Shown here one piece after another: positions 39,181-51,780 of a stretch of 64,000 nt of DNA (the first letter of the stretch is position 1; each line of letters starts with the position of its first letter). This DNA is from Chiloscyllium plagiosum (Eukaryota). The position numbers and the translations under genes were made by a program. The notes beneath the pieces are model-generated. The model ran no database searches. It worked only from the letters and a program-made list of their open reading frames with translations, and was not told the DNA's origin. The DNA lies in NCBI RefSeq assembly GCF_004010195.1, contig NC_057728.1, positions 45,100,286 to 45,164,285 of the forward strand, in the 5' to 3' direction.

Positions 39181-40148
39181 TAGAGTCATAGAGTCATAGA
39201 GATGTACAGCACGGAAACAGACCCTTCGGTACAACTCGTCCATGCCAACCAGATATCCCAACCCAATCTAGTTCCACCTGCCAGCACCCAGCCAATAGCC
39301 CTCCAAATCCTTCCTATTCATATACCCATCCAGATGCCTTTTAAAGGTTGCAATTGTACTGACCTCCACCACTTCCTTTGGCAGCCCATTCCACACCTAC
39401 ATTACCCTCTGCATGAAAAAGTTACCTCTGACCCTAAACCTATGCCCTCTAGTTCTGGACTCCCGCACCCCAGGGAAAAGACTTTGTCTATTTACACTAT
39501 CCATGCTCCTCATGATTTTATAAACTTCTTTAAGGTCATAACTCAGCCTCTGACACTCCAGGAGAAACAGCCCCAGCCTACTCAATCTCTCCCTATAGCT
39601 CAAATCCTCCAAAAATGGAACATCTTTGTAAATCTTTTCTGAACCTTTTCAAGTTTCACAACATCCTTCCGATAGGAAGGAGACTAGAATTACATGCAGT
39701 ATTTGAAAAGTTGTCTAACCAATGTCCTGTACAGCCACAATATGACCTCCCAACTCTTATATTCAATACTCTGACCAATAAAGGAAAGCATGCCAAATGC
39801 CTTCTTCACTATCCTATCTACCTGCGACTCCACTTTCAAGGAGCTATGAACCTACACTCCAAGGTCTCTTTGTTCAGCAACACTCCCAAGGACCTTACCA
39901 TTAAGTGTGTAAGTCCTGCTAAGATTTGCTTTCTCAAAATGCAGCACAACGCATTTAACTGAATTAAACTCCATCTGCCACTCCTCAGCCCATTGGCCCA
40001 TCTGGTCAAGATCCTGTTGTAATCTGAGGTAACCTTCTTCGCTGTCCACTAAACCTCCAATTTTGGTGTCATCTGCAAACTGACTAACTATACCTCTTAT
40101 GCTCACATCCAAATCATTTATATAAATGACAAAAAGTAGTGGACCCAG
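39181..40148 (-). mobile_element. CR1/HER1 LINE 3' fragment in opposite orientation, tail at 39181
   Basis: (ATAGAGTC)n tail; LGPLLFVIYINDLD...FADDTK on the minus strand. Confidence 0.92.
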
Positions 40149-43100
40149 GAAGTAGCCACGTATAAGTTGACTGCACCAGTGGAAATGTTGCTCACTAAAG
40201 TGGATCCAGAAGAGGCAAACTACTGGACACTGAAGGCAGGAAATAAAGGAACATAAGGACAGGAGTAGATCATTCAGCCCACTTACCTGTTCCTCACTAT
40301 TCAATATGATCATGACTGATTGGAAAATGTAATACTTTTATCCATCCAGTCTCCAGAATGCACTAAAAATCAGAAATCCATTAATCTTTATTTTATGTAT
40401 ACTTAAGAACTGAGGCCTCTGAGATAGAGAATTCTGAAAGTTCAGAAACCTCTGAGAAAACAAAATCCTCCTCAACTCAGACCTAAATGGACAGGTTGGA
40501 CTGAAGGGTCTGATTCCGTGTTGTACATCGCTATGACTCTATATAGAGAAAAAGACACAAAATTGTAGTTGCTGTACTTTCTATAAGCTTATGTTGGATT
40601 TCAAACTGATTATTTCTGTAAGACCTTTCAGAACCTATGAGATTGTGTCTGCTTTTTTAGAAGTGAAAGTATTTGAAAGTTGGAAATGCATGTACTGAAG
40701 AGAGCAGCACTGTGAGATAACTGGTTTCTGTTTGCTAAATATCATGACATGAGAACCTCTAGACGGCTAATCCTACAGCTGTTTAATTCCACAGATATCA
40801 ATTATACCATACTGAACTGATATGGGAATATATATCATGATAATAGTCCATTTCAAGATGTGATAATGTCTCCTGCATGTAGTGCATGTAATTGAACAAT
40901 GAACATCAGAACTGTCTATCCAGTAAGTTCTTGATCACATTACTGAAAATGTTCTGAATTTTATTCTGCCGAAGAAGGACTGCTTAGTCAGCTCACTGTT
41001 GATGTGAAAGAAAAACTGAGCAGGAATTGATTTCAAAGAAAACGTGTAAGACAAAGCTGGTGTAATTATGGAAAATTAAAAGAGAAACCAACCTAACAGG
41101 TGCATTTCTTCACAGAATTCCACCTCCATAACATGTCCAGTATATAATTAATAAATTACAAATAATAATGAGCAAATTATAACTTGGGTAAAATAATTGT
41201 TAAGCAATTATAAATCCCTATAATCATTTTTCTTTCAGCAATCACATTTTTACTTCAAATACATTGGAGTGATAAGGACTAAAACATGATAAAATGATGC
41301 CAGTACTTGCAGGATAAATAATGATTATATCCACTTCTCTACAGCTGCAAAAAGATAACACATTGCAGAGAATGGATGAACTCCTTGTTATGACGACTAA
41401 GATAACACATGTTAGTTCCTCCTCCGTTTAGCACCTGCACAAATAAAGCATTTAGCTGAAAGCTGCGCAATCATTATTGGAGGATATTTTAGTTTCTTGA
41501 AGCTAAGCAATTTGATAGTGATGATTTGTTTGTCGTTTGTACATTATTGATGAGGCATGGTTGGTAAATATTCAAAAGTCAAGGACTATGCATTAAAGGA
41601 GACCTTTTCACATCTTGGAATGAACCATTATCATGATACATATTCCCATATCAATTAGGTATGGTATAATTAATAACTGTGGAATTAAACAGTTGTCGGA
41701 TTAGTAGTCTATAGGGTTCTCATGTCACAATATTTAGTTAATCTGAAAAGCAATGAAAACATATAATGGAGAGGTTGCCTGATAGTAATAATATGACATG
41801 TGATTGTGCTGTAGTTAGATTTTATTTTTGTTTACTCTTTTTTACAAATAATTTATATCAGCAATAAACATAGCTGCTGGGGTCAAGTTGTGGCTCTTTT
41901 GTTTTGCATTGAAATTGTCTATTGTAGAGGGCAATGCTGGTTTAAAAAGCAATGATATCCAATTCAAATCAAACATAAAATTGGAACCAGAATGTGCAGA
42001 CTTGATTCCACTGAAAACATTATTATACAAATCTTTCAGGCAAAGTTTACAACAGATATTTGTATTTCACATGTGTATTGGCTGGATGAATGTAGTTCTA
42101 ATAACACTCAAGGAACTCAACAATACCCAGGCTAAAATAACCTTCTTCATTGGCACCCCATCCACTTTGTTAAACATTCGCTCCCTCCACCACTGGCACA
42201 GACTAGCAACAATAAGCACAGTTTATATGGTGCACTGCAGAAACTCCATCAAAAGCACTTCCCAAACACATGACCCTGATCTCTTGGAAGAAAAGGCCGT
42301 TCTTGAGCACTACAGTGCATATTACTGCAGCTCATTCTGAGAATGTGGCAGCTTGGAAATGTTGCTTTCCAGTGTCAGGCATGCAATGAAATGCAGAAAT
42401 GTAGAACGAAGATGAGATTTCAGTTTTTATCTACATAGCTTTGTGATCTGACATTACAGGGAGCCAGGATGCATGGAAGGGTCAAGACTTCAATAAAGTC
42501 AAATTTAATGTCAGATTGGTAGCATGATAAATACAACTGCCACTAGCAAGGGTTCACATGCAAAGCATTATATTCTGACCTCAAACAGAAACAGTAATTG
42601 ACTCCGCCTGCACTAAATCTGACTGCAGCTATTTTCTACATTATTGTGCAGCTGGGTTTGGTGTAAAGGTGGCAATATTTAGATTTTGTGTCCTTCTAAG
42701 AGACTTGCAGGCTCTGCCTGAGATTTATCATGATTCCTCCTAGCATTTGTGTTCCCTTTATTATTGCTGTCCTTATGCCCCCATTACATTTTAGCCTTCC
42801 TTAATTTCCATTCATCCCTTTTCTAGCATGGTTAATGTCACTATTTTAATGTCACACTGAGATGTGAGGGGTAGGTTTTTATACAAAGAGTGGCAGGAGT
42901 CTGGAACACGCTGCCGCTGAGGTGGCTATGTTAGGGGCATTTAACAGACTTTTAAATAATCAGTCAAATCCATCGACCTCCCCCCACCCTGTCTCAGTCA
43001 AATCCATCGACCTCCCCCCACCCTGTCTCAGTCAAAGACGGTTGGAGGAAGAGCGCCTCATCTTTCGCCTAGGAACCCTCCAACCACAAGGGATGAACTC

Positions 43101-43159
43101 GGATTTCACCAGTTTCCTCATTTCCTCTCCCCCCACCCTGTCTCAGTCAAATCCATCGA

Positions 43160-43507
43160 NNNNNNNNNNNNNNNNNNNNNNNNNNNNNNNNNNNNNNNNN
43201 NNNNNNNNNNNNNNNNNNNNNNNNNNNNNNNNNNNNNNNNNNNNNNNNNNNNNNNNNNNNNNNNNNNNNNNNNNNNNNNNNNNNNNNNNNNNNNNNNNNN
43301 NNNNNNNNNNNNNNNNNNNNNNNNNNNNNNNNNNNNNNNNNNNNNNNNNNNNNNNNNNNNNNNNNNNNNNNNNNNNNNNNNNNNNNNNNNNNNNNNNNNN
43401 NNNNNNNNNNNNNNNNNNNNNNNNNNNNNNNNNNNNNNNNNNNNNNNNNNNNNNNNNNNNNNNNNNNNNNNNNNNNNNNNNNNNNNNNNNNNNNNNNNNN
43501 NNNNNNN
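43160..43507. other. Assembly gap (N run)
   Basis: Run of n characters. Confidence 1.
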
Positions 43508-43693
43508 AGTCAAATCCATCGAACTCAGCACCGCCTTCCTAACCTGCAATCTTCTTCCCGACCTCTCCGCCCCCACTCCCGTCTGACCTATCACCCTCAC
43601 CTTGACCTCTTTCCACCTATCACATTTCCGACGCCCCTCCCCCAAGTCCCTCCTCCCTACCTTTTATCTTAGCCTGCTGGACAAACTTTCCCC

Positions 43694-43729
43694 ATTCCTG
43701 AGGAAGGGCTTATGCCCGAAACGTCGATT
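43694..43729 (+). ncRNA. Minimal hammerhead ribozyme variant
   Basis: ATTC-CTGAGGA-A-GGGC(TTAT)GCCC-GAAA-CG-TC-GATT; the core change is at the free N7 position. Confidence 0.7.
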
Positions 43730-45841
43730 CTCCTGTTCCCTGGATGCTGCCTGACCTGCTGCGCTTTTCCAGCAACATATTTCCAGACTTTTAAATAAGC
43801 CCATCAATATGCAAGCAATGGAGGGATATTAATCAAGGACAGGCAGAAGGTATTAGTTTAATTTGGCATCATGTTCAACGCAACATCATAGGCCGAAAGG
43901 CCCATTCTTGAGCTGTACTGTTCTATGTTCTATATTTATTTCATGCCCATTGTTTCGCAAATTGCCAAACCTTTTGTTGCCATAGCACTGTTGAGACCAG
44001 AGTCATTGTGACTTGAGAGAAATCTGCTCCTGCAGTTTCCAATCCAAAACAACATTTAAAAGACATTTGGACAAATACATAGATAGGAAACGTTTTGAAG
44101 GATATAGGCCAAGTGCAGGGAAGTGTGATTGGCGTGGATGGACATTTTGGTCGGCATGGACCATTTTGGGCCATTCTGTAGGACTTGACAAGTAGGTGAT
44201 TCTACTTTGATAAGTTTTTTTTACTGTCTTAATTTTGCACAACTATCACATTGGATCAATGAACATTGGATGCTTTATTATCTTGGAAAGACAGGTGGCA
44301 TAATTTATAATTTCTTTCTGAATTTCAGCATTTTACATAAAGGAAAAAAATTCCAGATTGTATTGCAAGGCCAATGTATCAATGTGAATTTTCTGCTCCT
44401 GATTCAGGAAATCATTGTGTACTTACCATGGGATTCCATCCATGACAAATGATGGATGGAAAATGACAGACCCGTTGATGTGTGCAGCTGATAGACAAGG
44501 CTCCTTTAGCAGACATTCGATAAGATGAAGAATATAAGTAATTTCAGCATTCTGATGTTGGATTTAACAACAAAGGTTTATGCTTATCTAGTAATAGTGC
44601 ATAAATAATGGAAATCTGAAGGTAAAAACACAAGAAGTAATTTAAACCTAATCCACCACCAGGATGCTGAATCCAAATAAGTTCAGATAGCCATTTACAG
44701 ATTACTCAGTTTTGCTTTTTTTTAATGAAGACAGTGCCCCTTTAATAAAATTAAATGAATTTAAGTCATGTTTAATTTTTATCGTTTCAGTTTTAGTCTT
44801 GTGATAGTTTTCTTAGTTTCTGATCCAAAAACCTCCAACCAGGGTTAAGCTAATTTTAATTGCCTTCTAACTAATCCTGCAAGATCAGAGCAGCAGAGTG
44901 TAAGAGTGAAAAAGTCTTTTGATCCTCAATAATCTCTGCTATACACTGCTGCACACCATAGGTCAGTGCCGAATCTTATAACTGTGTTGAAAATTAAACT
45001 ACTTTGAAAATGTTACATAACTTTTCACGTTCAGATGATGTTCAATACATTTTAGGGCAAACATATTCTTGTTTATAACATTTTCTACCTGATAGCATCT
45101 CTACCTGAATCCCTTTGTTCCACGGTCAAAAGTCAGTCTTACACCTTTGTCCTGTACACAATTGTTGTCAGGGGCTGGATATATAACAGGATTGCAGCCT
45201 TGCCTTCAGTAATTCCAGAGGCGTGTGGAAGCATACTTCAAACAGGCACTGAACTTGGCCACAGGTGCCAGAGATTGTTAGGAGCATTAATCTCTGAGAT
45301 AAGTATGAATCTTAGCAGCATAGAAATTGACCTCACCTCACCTCCCATGAGAATATGAAGTATAGAAATATATTGTCTCTTTAAACCAGGCATCCTGGAA
45401 AACTAGGTATCTCTCTTTAGATGTCCAACGTTAAGCGCCGTATTAGAATTGAATAAAGGATATTGGGACATATATTTCGAGGTAGAGGCAATTCAGCCCT
45501 CCAGCATACTCTGCTATTCAATTCATAACTGATTATCTACCTCAGTGCCATTATTCACACTATCCACATATCACTTGATGTTTTTAATGCCTAATAATTT
45601 GTCGACCTCTGTCTTACATATCCTCAAAGATTGAGTTTCTATAGCCTTGGAGTTGATTGTAAAGATTGACCACCTCTGAGTGAAGAAATTCCTGCGCATC
45701 TTAGTCCTAAATGGCCTTGACCTTAACTGAGACATGTCCCCAGTTCTAGGTTCCCAGTTGGAAGAAACAACTTTCCCTCATCTGGGCTGTCGAGTGCTGT
45801 CAGAATTTTGAATGTTTCAAAGAGATCTCCTCTCATTTTTT

Positions 45842-46095
45842 CATAGAATCATAGAATCCCTACAGTGAGGAAGCAGGCCATTCAGCTCTTCAAGTCCACA
45901 CCGATCTCCAAAGAGCATCACACCCTATCCCTGTAACCCTGCGTTTCCTATTGCTAATCCACCTAACCTACACATCTGTGGACACTATGGGCAATTTAGC
46001 ATGGCCAATCCATCTAACCTGCACATCTTTGGACTGTGGAAGGAAGCCAGAACACCCGACGGAAACCCACGCAGACATGGGGAGAATGTGCAAAC
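45842..46095 (-). mobile_element. HE1-type V-SINE, head removed at the PLE junction
   Basis: Reverse-complement similarity to HE1 copies. Confidence 0.85.
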
Positions 46096-46252
46096 TCTTA
46101 GCCTGCTGGACAAACTTTCCTCATTCCTGAAGAAGGGCTTATGCCCGAAACGTCGATTCTCCTGTTCTCTGGATGCTGCCTGACCTGCTGCGCTTTTCCA
46201 GCAACACATTTTCAGCTCTGATCTCCAGCATCTGCAGACCTCACTTTCTCCT
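46096..46252 (+). mobile_element. PLE family A pLTR fragment with hammerhead and tail, truncating an HE1 SINE
   Basis: Matches 43667-43783 and continues into the TCTGATCTCCAGCATCTGCAGACCTCACTTTCTCCT tail. Confidence 0.85.
46123..46158 (+). ncRNA. Minimal hammerhead ribozyme variant
   Basis: ATTC-CTGAAGA-A-GGGC(TTAT)GCCC-GAAA-CG-TC-GATT. Confidence 0.7.
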
Positions 46253-46254
46253 CA

Positions 46255-46492
46255 TACTTTTCATTGTTGCCTGTCCCAAAGTCCGCCTTGAAGGACGGTC
46301 ACCCGAAGGTCCAAGGTCAAATGTTCTGGACCGCTGAAGTGTTATCCGAGTGGGAGGGAACACTCCTGTCTATTGATTGGTGTGGGGTGTCCATTCATCT
46401 GTTGCTATAGCCTCTGCTCGGTCTCGCAAATGTACCATGCATCAGGGCATCCTTGCCTTCAGCACATGAGATAGGCAACATTGGCTGATTCA
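46255..46492 (-). pseudogene. Decayed GIY-YIG endonuclease fragment of a second PLE family
   Basis: Minus strand reads ESANVAYLMC*RQGCPDAWYICETEQRL*QQMNGH...ECSLPLG*HFSGPEH...DLRVTVLQGGL, fitting the NVVY..C..C...YIGET...HF pattern with stops. Confidence 0.75.
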
Positions 46493-46499
46493 TTGGCTG

Positions 46500-47449
46500 T
46501 TCATCATCTCAGTTCAAAATGGCCTAACTTATATCTTGAGACTGACTTTTGCTTTTAAACTCTCCAGCCAGGGGAAACATCCTCCCCACATCTAGTCTTT
46601 CTAGAATTTATAAATCTCATTCAGATTCCCTCTCATTGAACTCTAGTGAAAACAGGCCCAGTCAAACCAATCTCCCCTCATAGGACAATCCTACCACCCC
46701 TTGTACCAGTCTAGTGAGCCTTTGCTGAATTTCCTCTATGGCAAACCTGTACTCCAAATGCCATCTCACCAAGGCCCTGTATAACTGCAGTAAGAAATCC
46801 CACCTTCTGAACTCAAATCCTCTTTCAATGAAGGCCAACGTACTATTTACCTTCCTAATTACATCCTGCATCTGCCTGTTTACCTTTATTAACAAGTATA
46901 CAAGGATACCCAGATCCCTTTATACATCCGTGTTTTCCATTTTTTCACAATTTAAGTAATATCTGTTTCTGCTTTTCACCTCAAAGTTTTCACATTTATT
47001 CACATTATGTTACTTTTGTCATGTGTTTTCCCACACACCCAGCTTATCCAGATCACTCCGAAATCTCCTTGCATCCTGCTCACAGCTCTTAATCTCACTT
47101 AGATTTTTGTCTCCAGCAAACTTGGAGCTATTGCATTTAATTTCTTCATCCAAGTAAATCAAGATTAGAAGGAGCCCAAGCACTGATCAACTAATTACTG
47201 CCTGTCACCATAACCATTTATTCCAACTGTCTGTTTCTGGCCTGCAAACCATTTTTCAATCCATGCCAGTATGGAATCAATCTTGTGTGATTTACTTTTG
47301 TTCAGTAACTCTTTATGTGGGACTTCATCAGAATCAAAACGTATTCAATCCTTCTGCCATTTCTTTGTTCTTAATGAGAATTTCCTCCATTTCTGACTGT
47401 CTTTCCTACATTTCTACATTTGTCTTTGCTAATCTTTTTCTCTTCATAT
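46500..47449 (-). mobile_element. Decayed CR1 LINE fragment
   Basis: VIRKVNSTLAFIERGFEFR...[13 protein letters not shown]. Confidence 0.8.
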
Positions 47450-48760
47450 ATTGAATTGAATTGAATTTATTTATTGACACATGTACCGAGACACAGTGAA
47501 AAGCTTTGTCTTGTAAGCAATACAGGCAGATCACACAGTTAAATAGCACAGATAAGTAAATAATAGGTAAACAGTGGCAAAAATAAAAACACAGGTACAG
47601 GCGAATGTTAACAGTTTATGAGTCCATTCAGTATTCTAACAACAGTAGCGTAGAAACTGTTTCGAAACCAGCTGGTATATGTGCTCAGGTTTCTGTATCT
47701 TCTCCCCGATGGTAGAGGTTGTAAGAAAAACATTGCCAGGGTGGGATGGATCTTTGAGAATTCTGGCGGCCTTTCCTTAACAGCGGGCCTAGTAGATGGA
47801 TTCTATAGATGGGAGGTTGGCCTTTGTGATTGTCCGGGCTGAGTTCACCACTCTCTGTAACCGTCTCCAATCTTGAATGGTACTGTTGCCATACCAGGTA
47901 GTGATACACCAAATAGAATGCTTTCGATGGTGCACCTAAAATAGGTGGCAAGTTTATTCACCGTCATGCCAAATTTCCTCAGCTGCCTGAGGAAGAAGAG
48001 ACATTGTTGGGCCTTTGTAACTAGTGCATCCACATGAAGAGTCCAAGAAAGCTATTTGCTATTGACCACTCCCAGGAGCTCAACACTCTCCACTCGTTCC
48101 ACCTCTGTGCTGTTAATGTGTACGGAGGCATGAGTAACATCCTACCGAAAGTCAGTAAAGAACTCCTTGGTTTTGCCAGCATTGCAGCTAGGTTGTTCTC
48201 AGTGCACCATTTTTCCAGGTCTTCCACCTTCTGTCTGTACTCTGTTTCATTGCCATCTGAGATTTGACCGACTATGGTGGTGTCACCTGCAAACTTGTGA
48301 ATGGCATTAGTCTGGTATTTGGCGACACAGTCATGGGTATACAGTGAGTACAGTAGGGGGCTGAGTATGCATCTCTGGGGGGCTCCAGTGTTGAGTGCTA
48401 GTAAGGATGAAATATTGTCCCCAAGCTTCGCTGATTGTGGCCTGTGGGTCAGGAAACTGAGGGTCCAGTTGCAGAGAGTGTGGCATAGTCCCAGATTACT
48501 AAGTTTAGTAAACAGTCTTGAGGGGATAATCGTGTTGAAGGCTGAACTGTAGTCAATGAATAGGATCCTTATGTAGCTGCTCTTGGTGTCAAGATGTTCT
48601 AGGGTGGAGTGAAGAGCAAATGAAATGGCATCTGACGTGGATATTTTGGTTCAATAGACAAATTAGAGTGGGTCAAGAGTAGTGGGGAGGCTAGAGTTGA
48701 TTAATGCCATGACCAGCCTTTCAAAGCACTTCATGACCACCGAAGTTAGGGCCACTGGAG
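47450..48760 (-). mobile_element. Rex1/Babar-type LINE 3' fragment
   Basis: [22 protein letters not shown]...RCTIESIL and KFAGDTT (FADD-like) motifs; (TTCAA)n tail at about 47450-47467. Confidence 0.8.
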
Positions 48761-48779
48761 TTCTTTGTGAGATTTGGTA

Positions 48780-50020
48780 GGAGAAACACATATATGCAGA
48801 ATGTTGTTTTTAAATAGAAAGAGGTTGAAAAGTGTAGACGTACAAAGAGACCTAGGTGTCTAAGTCAATAAATCACTGACAGTTGGTATGCAAGTACAGC
48901 ATGCAATTAGGAAGCGTAATGGCATGTTGGCCTTCATTGGAAGAGGATTTGAGTTTAGAAATTGGGCTTTCTTACTGCAGTTATATGGGGCCTTGGTGAG
49001 ATGGGAGCTGGAGCATTATGTGCAGTTTTGATTTCTCTACATAAACAGAATAGAATGACAAGATAATTTGAGTACAGGATTAGTGAAGTTTTGTTTTATT
49101 TGTATAGGAGCTTGGTTAGATAACACATAGAGTTCTATGTGCAGTTTTAGCCTCCTTATCACAGAATTGTTCCAGTGCAGAAGAGGCCATTTGACCTATT
49201 ATGCTTGTATCAGCTCTTCAAATAAGTATCATTACCTAGTGCCAATCTCCTGCCTTTCCCCCATACCCTTGCACAATTTTTGATGCAAATAATCAATGGC
49301 CTTTTGAATGCCTCAATTGAACCTGTATCCACCAAACTTTCAGGCAGTGCAATCCATGCCGTAATACCTGCTGAATGAAAAAGCTTTCCTCAGATCACCT
49401 TTGCTTCTTTTGCACATCACTTCAAATCTATGCCCTCTCATTCTTGCTCCTTTTGGAAGTGGGGACCTTCTCCCTATCTGCTCTATCCAGCCATTTATGA
49501 TTTTAAAAACCTCTACCAACAAGTGTCTTAACTCAAGAAAAATATTATTGCCAGAGGGAGACTGCAACAAAGGTTCATCAAACATCTTCCTGCAATGATA
49601 GGACTGTCCTGTGAAGAGAGATTGGGAGAACTGGGTCTACATTCTCTAGCATTTCAAAGAATGAGAGGTGATCTCATTAAAATTTACAAAATATTTAAAG
49701 GAGTAGACAACAAAGATACAGGTAAGCTATTGCTTCTGTTTGGAAATCTTAAACTAGGGATCACAATTTAAAAGTAAGCAGATGTCATTTAGGTCTGAGT
49801 TGAGGAGGATTTTGTTTTCTCAAAGGTTTCTGAACCTTCAGAATTCTCTATCTCAGAGGGCTCAGTTCATAAAATAAAGATTAATGGATTTCTGATTTTC
49901 AGTGCATTCTAGAGACTGGATGGATAAAAGTATTACATTTTCCAATCAGTCATGATCACATTGACAGTGAGGAACAGGTAAGTGGGCTGAATGATCTACT
50001 CCTGTCCTTATGTTCCTTTA
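48780..50020 (+). mobile_element. CR1 3' fragments (plus strand, with a minus-strand CR1 tail nested at about 49165-49520)
   Basis: AIRK.NGMLAFI.RGFEF, MRGDLI.IYKI motifs and CR1 3' UTR. Confidence 0.75.
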
Positions 50021-50376
50021 TTTCCTGCCTTCAGTGTCCAGTAGTTTGCCTCTTCTGGATCCACTTTAGTGAGCAACATTTCCACTGGTGCAGTCAACTT
50101 ATACATGGCTACTTACAGCTACTAACCTCCCCAAGGTTGTTCCTACAGCTATTCCAGACTTTAATGTCAGTTTTCCTTTGTATTTTAACTGACTGCAAAG
50201 ACTGTTGCCAAGGCTGGAATTGAATCCAGGCCCCTGGATCTGTGAGGTTACAATGCTGACCACTGAGCCACTGTGCCACCCCTCTTTTACAACAGCAGTA
50301 CTTCAATGAGAAGTAGCATTAACATTAACTCACCTTGAATAATAAATAGGGACTCCAAGGAGAAATTGCAATGGAC

Positions 50377-50690
50377 TTAGATTAGTTTAGATTCCCTACA
50401 GTATGGAAACAGGCCCTTCAGCCCAACAAGTCCACACTGACCCTCTGAAGAGCAACCAACCCAAACCCATTCCCCTCCATTTCCCCCTGACTAATGCACC
50501 TAACACTATGGGCAATTTAGTGTGGCCAATTCACCTGATCTACACATTATTGGATTGTGGGAGGAAACCTACACAGACAGCGGAAGAATGTGCAAACTCC
50601 ACACAGACATTCGCCCGAGGCAGGAATCAAACCGAGGTTCCTGGTGCAGTGAGACTGCAGTGCTAAGAGCTGAGCCACCGTGCCACCCCA
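50377..50690 (-). mobile_element. HE1-type V-SINE
   Basis: Reverse-complement similarity to HE1 copies. Confidence 0.88.
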
Positions 50691-50887
50691 AACTTGCAAC
50701 TTTCAGTTGTATTGGTAGGCGGAGGTACTGCTCTGTTGTAAATGCAATAACGAAAGGACAATTCAGCCTACATTCCTGTTCTACAATTTACTAACCTCAG
50801 AGCTATTGCCATTGCCACCCTAAGTTCCATCTTCCTGGTGGCACTTGGAACTGGTAGTAACTGGAAGAAGTCTTGGGATGGACAATC

Positions 50888-51780
50888 TTACTGCAATTAT
50901 ACAGGGCCTTGGTGAGACCACACCTGGAGTATTGTGTGCAGTTTTGGTCCCCTTTTCGAAGGAAGGAAATTCTGGCTACAGATGGAAGTGTAACAAAGAT
51001 TTACCAGACTGCTTCCTGGGATGGTAGGACTGACATCTGAAGCGACACTGAATCTGTTAGGACTATATTCGCTGGTGTTGAGAAGAATGAGGGGTATCTC
51101 ATAGAAGCAAAGCGAAAGTGGGTACTGCAGATGCTGGAGATTAGTCAAGATTAGAGTGGTGCTGGAAAAGCACAGCAGGTCAGGCAGCACCTGAGGAGCA
51201 CGAAAATTGACATTTCGGGCATAAACCCTTCATCAGGAATGATTCCTGATGAAAGAGCAGGAAAACCAACATTTTGGGCAAACATCCTTCATCAGGAATG
51301 ATTCCTGATGAAGGATTTTTGCCCAAAATGTTGGTTTTCCTGCTCTTTGGATGCTGCCTGATCTGCTGTGCTTTTCCAGCACCACTCTAATCTTGATTGG
51401 TATCTCATAGAAGCCTATAAAATTCTAACAGGGTTAGACAATGTAAACACAGAGAACATGCTATGAGGACCAGGGAGTTCCGAACCAAGTGGTCATTTTC
51501 TAAGGATTTGAGGTTGGCCATTTAGAACTGAGATGAGGAGAAATGTCTTCACAATGGTGATCCTGTGGAATTCTCTGCCATAGAAAGCAGTTGAGGCCAA
51601 AACACTGATTGTTTTTAAGAAAGAGTCAGATATGGTTCTTAGAGCTGAAGGGATTATTGAGTATAAGGAGAAAGTGGGACCATGGCACTGAGTTGGATAA
51701 TCAGTCATGATTATATTGAATGGCGGAGCAGGCTCAAAGAGCCAACTAGCCTCCTGTTGCTCCTATTTTCTACGTTTTTC
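50888..51780 (+). mobile_element. CR1 3' fragment with nested PLE
   Basis: [21 protein letters not shown]1 3' UTR. Confidence 0.88.
51109..51398. mobile_element. Doubly folded-back PLE mini-element (family A-related, CTGATGA hammerhead variant) inserted in CR1
   Basis: TSD GGTATCTCATAGAAGC at 51093-51108 and 51399-51414; the palindrome TTCATCAGGAAT-G-ATTCCTGATGAA occurs twice internally. Confidence 0.85.

Larger units (their letters stand above)
42960..43783 (+). mobile_element. PLE family A 3' fragment with reiterated 34-bp units and an assembly gap
   Basis: TSD CAGACTTTTAAATAA at 42945-42959 and 43784-43798; encodes RRLEEERLIFRLGTLQPQGMNSDF (end of GIY-YIG); inserted in a CR1 3' end. Confidence 0.85.

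Noticed and set aside
41888..42340. 150-aa ORF
   Set aside because: No recognisable protein; the 3' half reads through a decayed LINE fragment.
42961..43036. 34-bp direct repeats as a CRISPR array
   Set aside because: No spacers, no cas genes, eukaryotic context; the unit derives from the PLE.
42922..43645. 206-aa and 175-aa ORFs
   Set aside because: Their length comes from the N gap; the flanks are PLE sequence.
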